Shown here piece after piece: positions 62,844 through 64,000 of a stretch of 64,000 nucleotides of DNA; positions within the stretch are counted from its first letter, which is position 1, and every line of letters begins with the position of its first letter. Source of the DNA: an uncultured delta proteobacterium (GTDB lineage: Bacteria > Desulfobacterota > Desulfuromonadia > Geobacterales > Pseudopelobacteraceae); contig CAVYYZ010000005.1 in NCBI GenBank assembly GCA_963772835.1, positions 96,001 to 160,000 on the forward strand. The letters are read 5' to 3'. Made by a program: the position numbers and the translations under genes. The notes beneath the pieces are model-generated. The model was given only the letters and a program-made list of their open reading frames with translations, searched no databases and had not been told where the DNA came from.

Positions 62844-63761
62844 TCATTGAGCTGCAGGACGAAACAGACGTGGTCTGCTGACAACGCTTATTCCAGCCAG
62901 TACCATTACAGCTCCGATGCCAAAGTAAACATCAACTGTCTCATGCAGCAGCAGTACACCGAAAGAAACTCCGAATAACGGTGACATAAAAGAGAATACC
63001 GCGAGTCTCGAAGCAAGATATCTCCGTAATAGCCAGAACCAGGTAAGGTAGCTGGCGAAGGTAATAACAAATCCCTGAAAAAGCAGGCTCGCCCATGCAA
63101 TTTTCGACATGGTGATATTGCCTGACTGTCCCGAACAAAGACCATAGAGAAGCAGGATAACAAAAGCGGCCGCAAGTTGGTAGAGCAGTGTTTTTGTAGG
63201 CGGCGCTTCCGACAGATTTGTACAGCGTATGATCACCGTCGTTGCCCCCCAACCGGCCCCGGCAAGAACGCCCAGAAAATCGCCCCAAAGCACTCGGGAG
63301 CTGAACCCCTCATGCAGAGATCCCCCGGTAAAAGCGGTCGCGATGCCGCCAAAAGCAATCGCAATGCCCAGCCACTGATGCAGGCGAAGTTTTTCGGCGG
63401 TGAGGAAGAAGTGGAGACCCAATGCGGTAAAGATCGGTGCGGTGTACAGAAACACTGCCATATGAGATGCAGATGTGAAGCGAAGTCCCTCCGCGATAAA
63501 GAGAAACTCGGCGGAGAACAGGATTCCGACAATTATGCCAGGTTGCAGCGTACCGTCGTGAAGGTTGAATTTTTCCCTGCCGCATCCTATGACGATGGCA
63601 ACAAGTAACGCACTGATACCGGAGCGCAAAGCAATCTGCATGATCGGAGCGATATCTGGCGCAGCCACCTTGATCGCAACCTGATGCAAACCCCACACGG
63701 TACAAAGCAGGATCATCATACCGATCCCGAATCCATCTATCTGTCTGCGCTCCGACCCCAT
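62844..63761 (-). CDS. DMT/EamA-family transporter
   Basis: About 10 TM segments in two EamA repeats; [19 protein letters not shown]. Confidence 0.9.
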   Translation of the reverse strand: MGSERRQIDGFGIGMMILLCTVWGLHQVAIKVAAPDIAPIMQIALRSGISALLVAIVIGCGREKFNLHDGTLQPGIIVGILFSAEFLFIAEGLRFTSASHMAVFLYTAPIFTALGLHFFLTAEKLRLHQWLGIAIAFGGIATAFTGGSLHEGFSSRVLWGDFLGVLAGAGWGATTVIIRCTNLSEAPPTKTLLYQLAAAFVILLLYGLCSGQSGNITMSKIAWASLLFQGFVITFASYLTWFWLLRRYLASRLAVFSFMSPLFGVSFGVLLLHETVDVYFGIGAVMVLAGISVVSRPRLFRPAAQ

Positions 63762-64000
63762 ACATCACCAACAGGTATTTTTCCCGCCAGATTATTCCAA
63801 TTGTCTGACATTATAATTACAGATGAGATTATGCAACATCCCCCTGAAAAAATATGTATCTTTCGCACTCCCACAGATAAATCAGATATTTTTTTGACAT
63901 TTGTGCAGAAAACTTCAGGACCTCCCACAAACTTCTGCCGGTTTTATCAATATATGCAGCACCTTGGTGCTGTCACTACCGACAGTTTTGAATCTGAATC

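Overview
Chromosomal window of a Geobacteraceae-like deltaproteobacterium (Desulfuromonadia), inferred from gene order, multiheme cytochromes and sigma-54 systems. Most of it is core genes: purB, asnS, ybeY, xerD, glnD, pyc, ilvE, rpsB-tsf-pyrH-frr-uppS-cdsA-dxr-rseP, tsaB, sucCD, dnaE-accA-rluB-corC-lnt-prfB. The right end (53-62 kb) carries a complete cbc5-type inner-membrane quinol oxidase/cytochrome cluster: heptaheme CbcA, cytochrome b CbcB, dodecaheme CbcC, CbcD and CbcE, plus a BccR-like sigma-54 activator and a heme-motif sensor kinase. Two small decayed patches are present: a SIR2-like remnant with a RelE/XRE toxin-antitoxin pair (21.6-23.5 kb), and a sensor-less kinase, response regulator and deleted MFS gene (36.2-39.2 kb). 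I found no tRNA, rRNA, CRISPR array or intact transposase/integrase. The most interesting signals: (i) CbcD is a kinase-less paralogue of the neighbouring heme sensor kinase; (ii) tandem NrdR-like boxes sit over the dnaE promoter; (iii) two small ORFs are missing from the ORF track, a 59-aa Cys-rich protein ending in a clamp-binding-like motif and a 42-aa membrane peptide; (iv) two convergent sigma-54 promoters share a GTAT-N8/9-ATAC upstream site; (v) cdsA probably starts at ATC. All family assignments come from reading motifs by eye, not from database searches.
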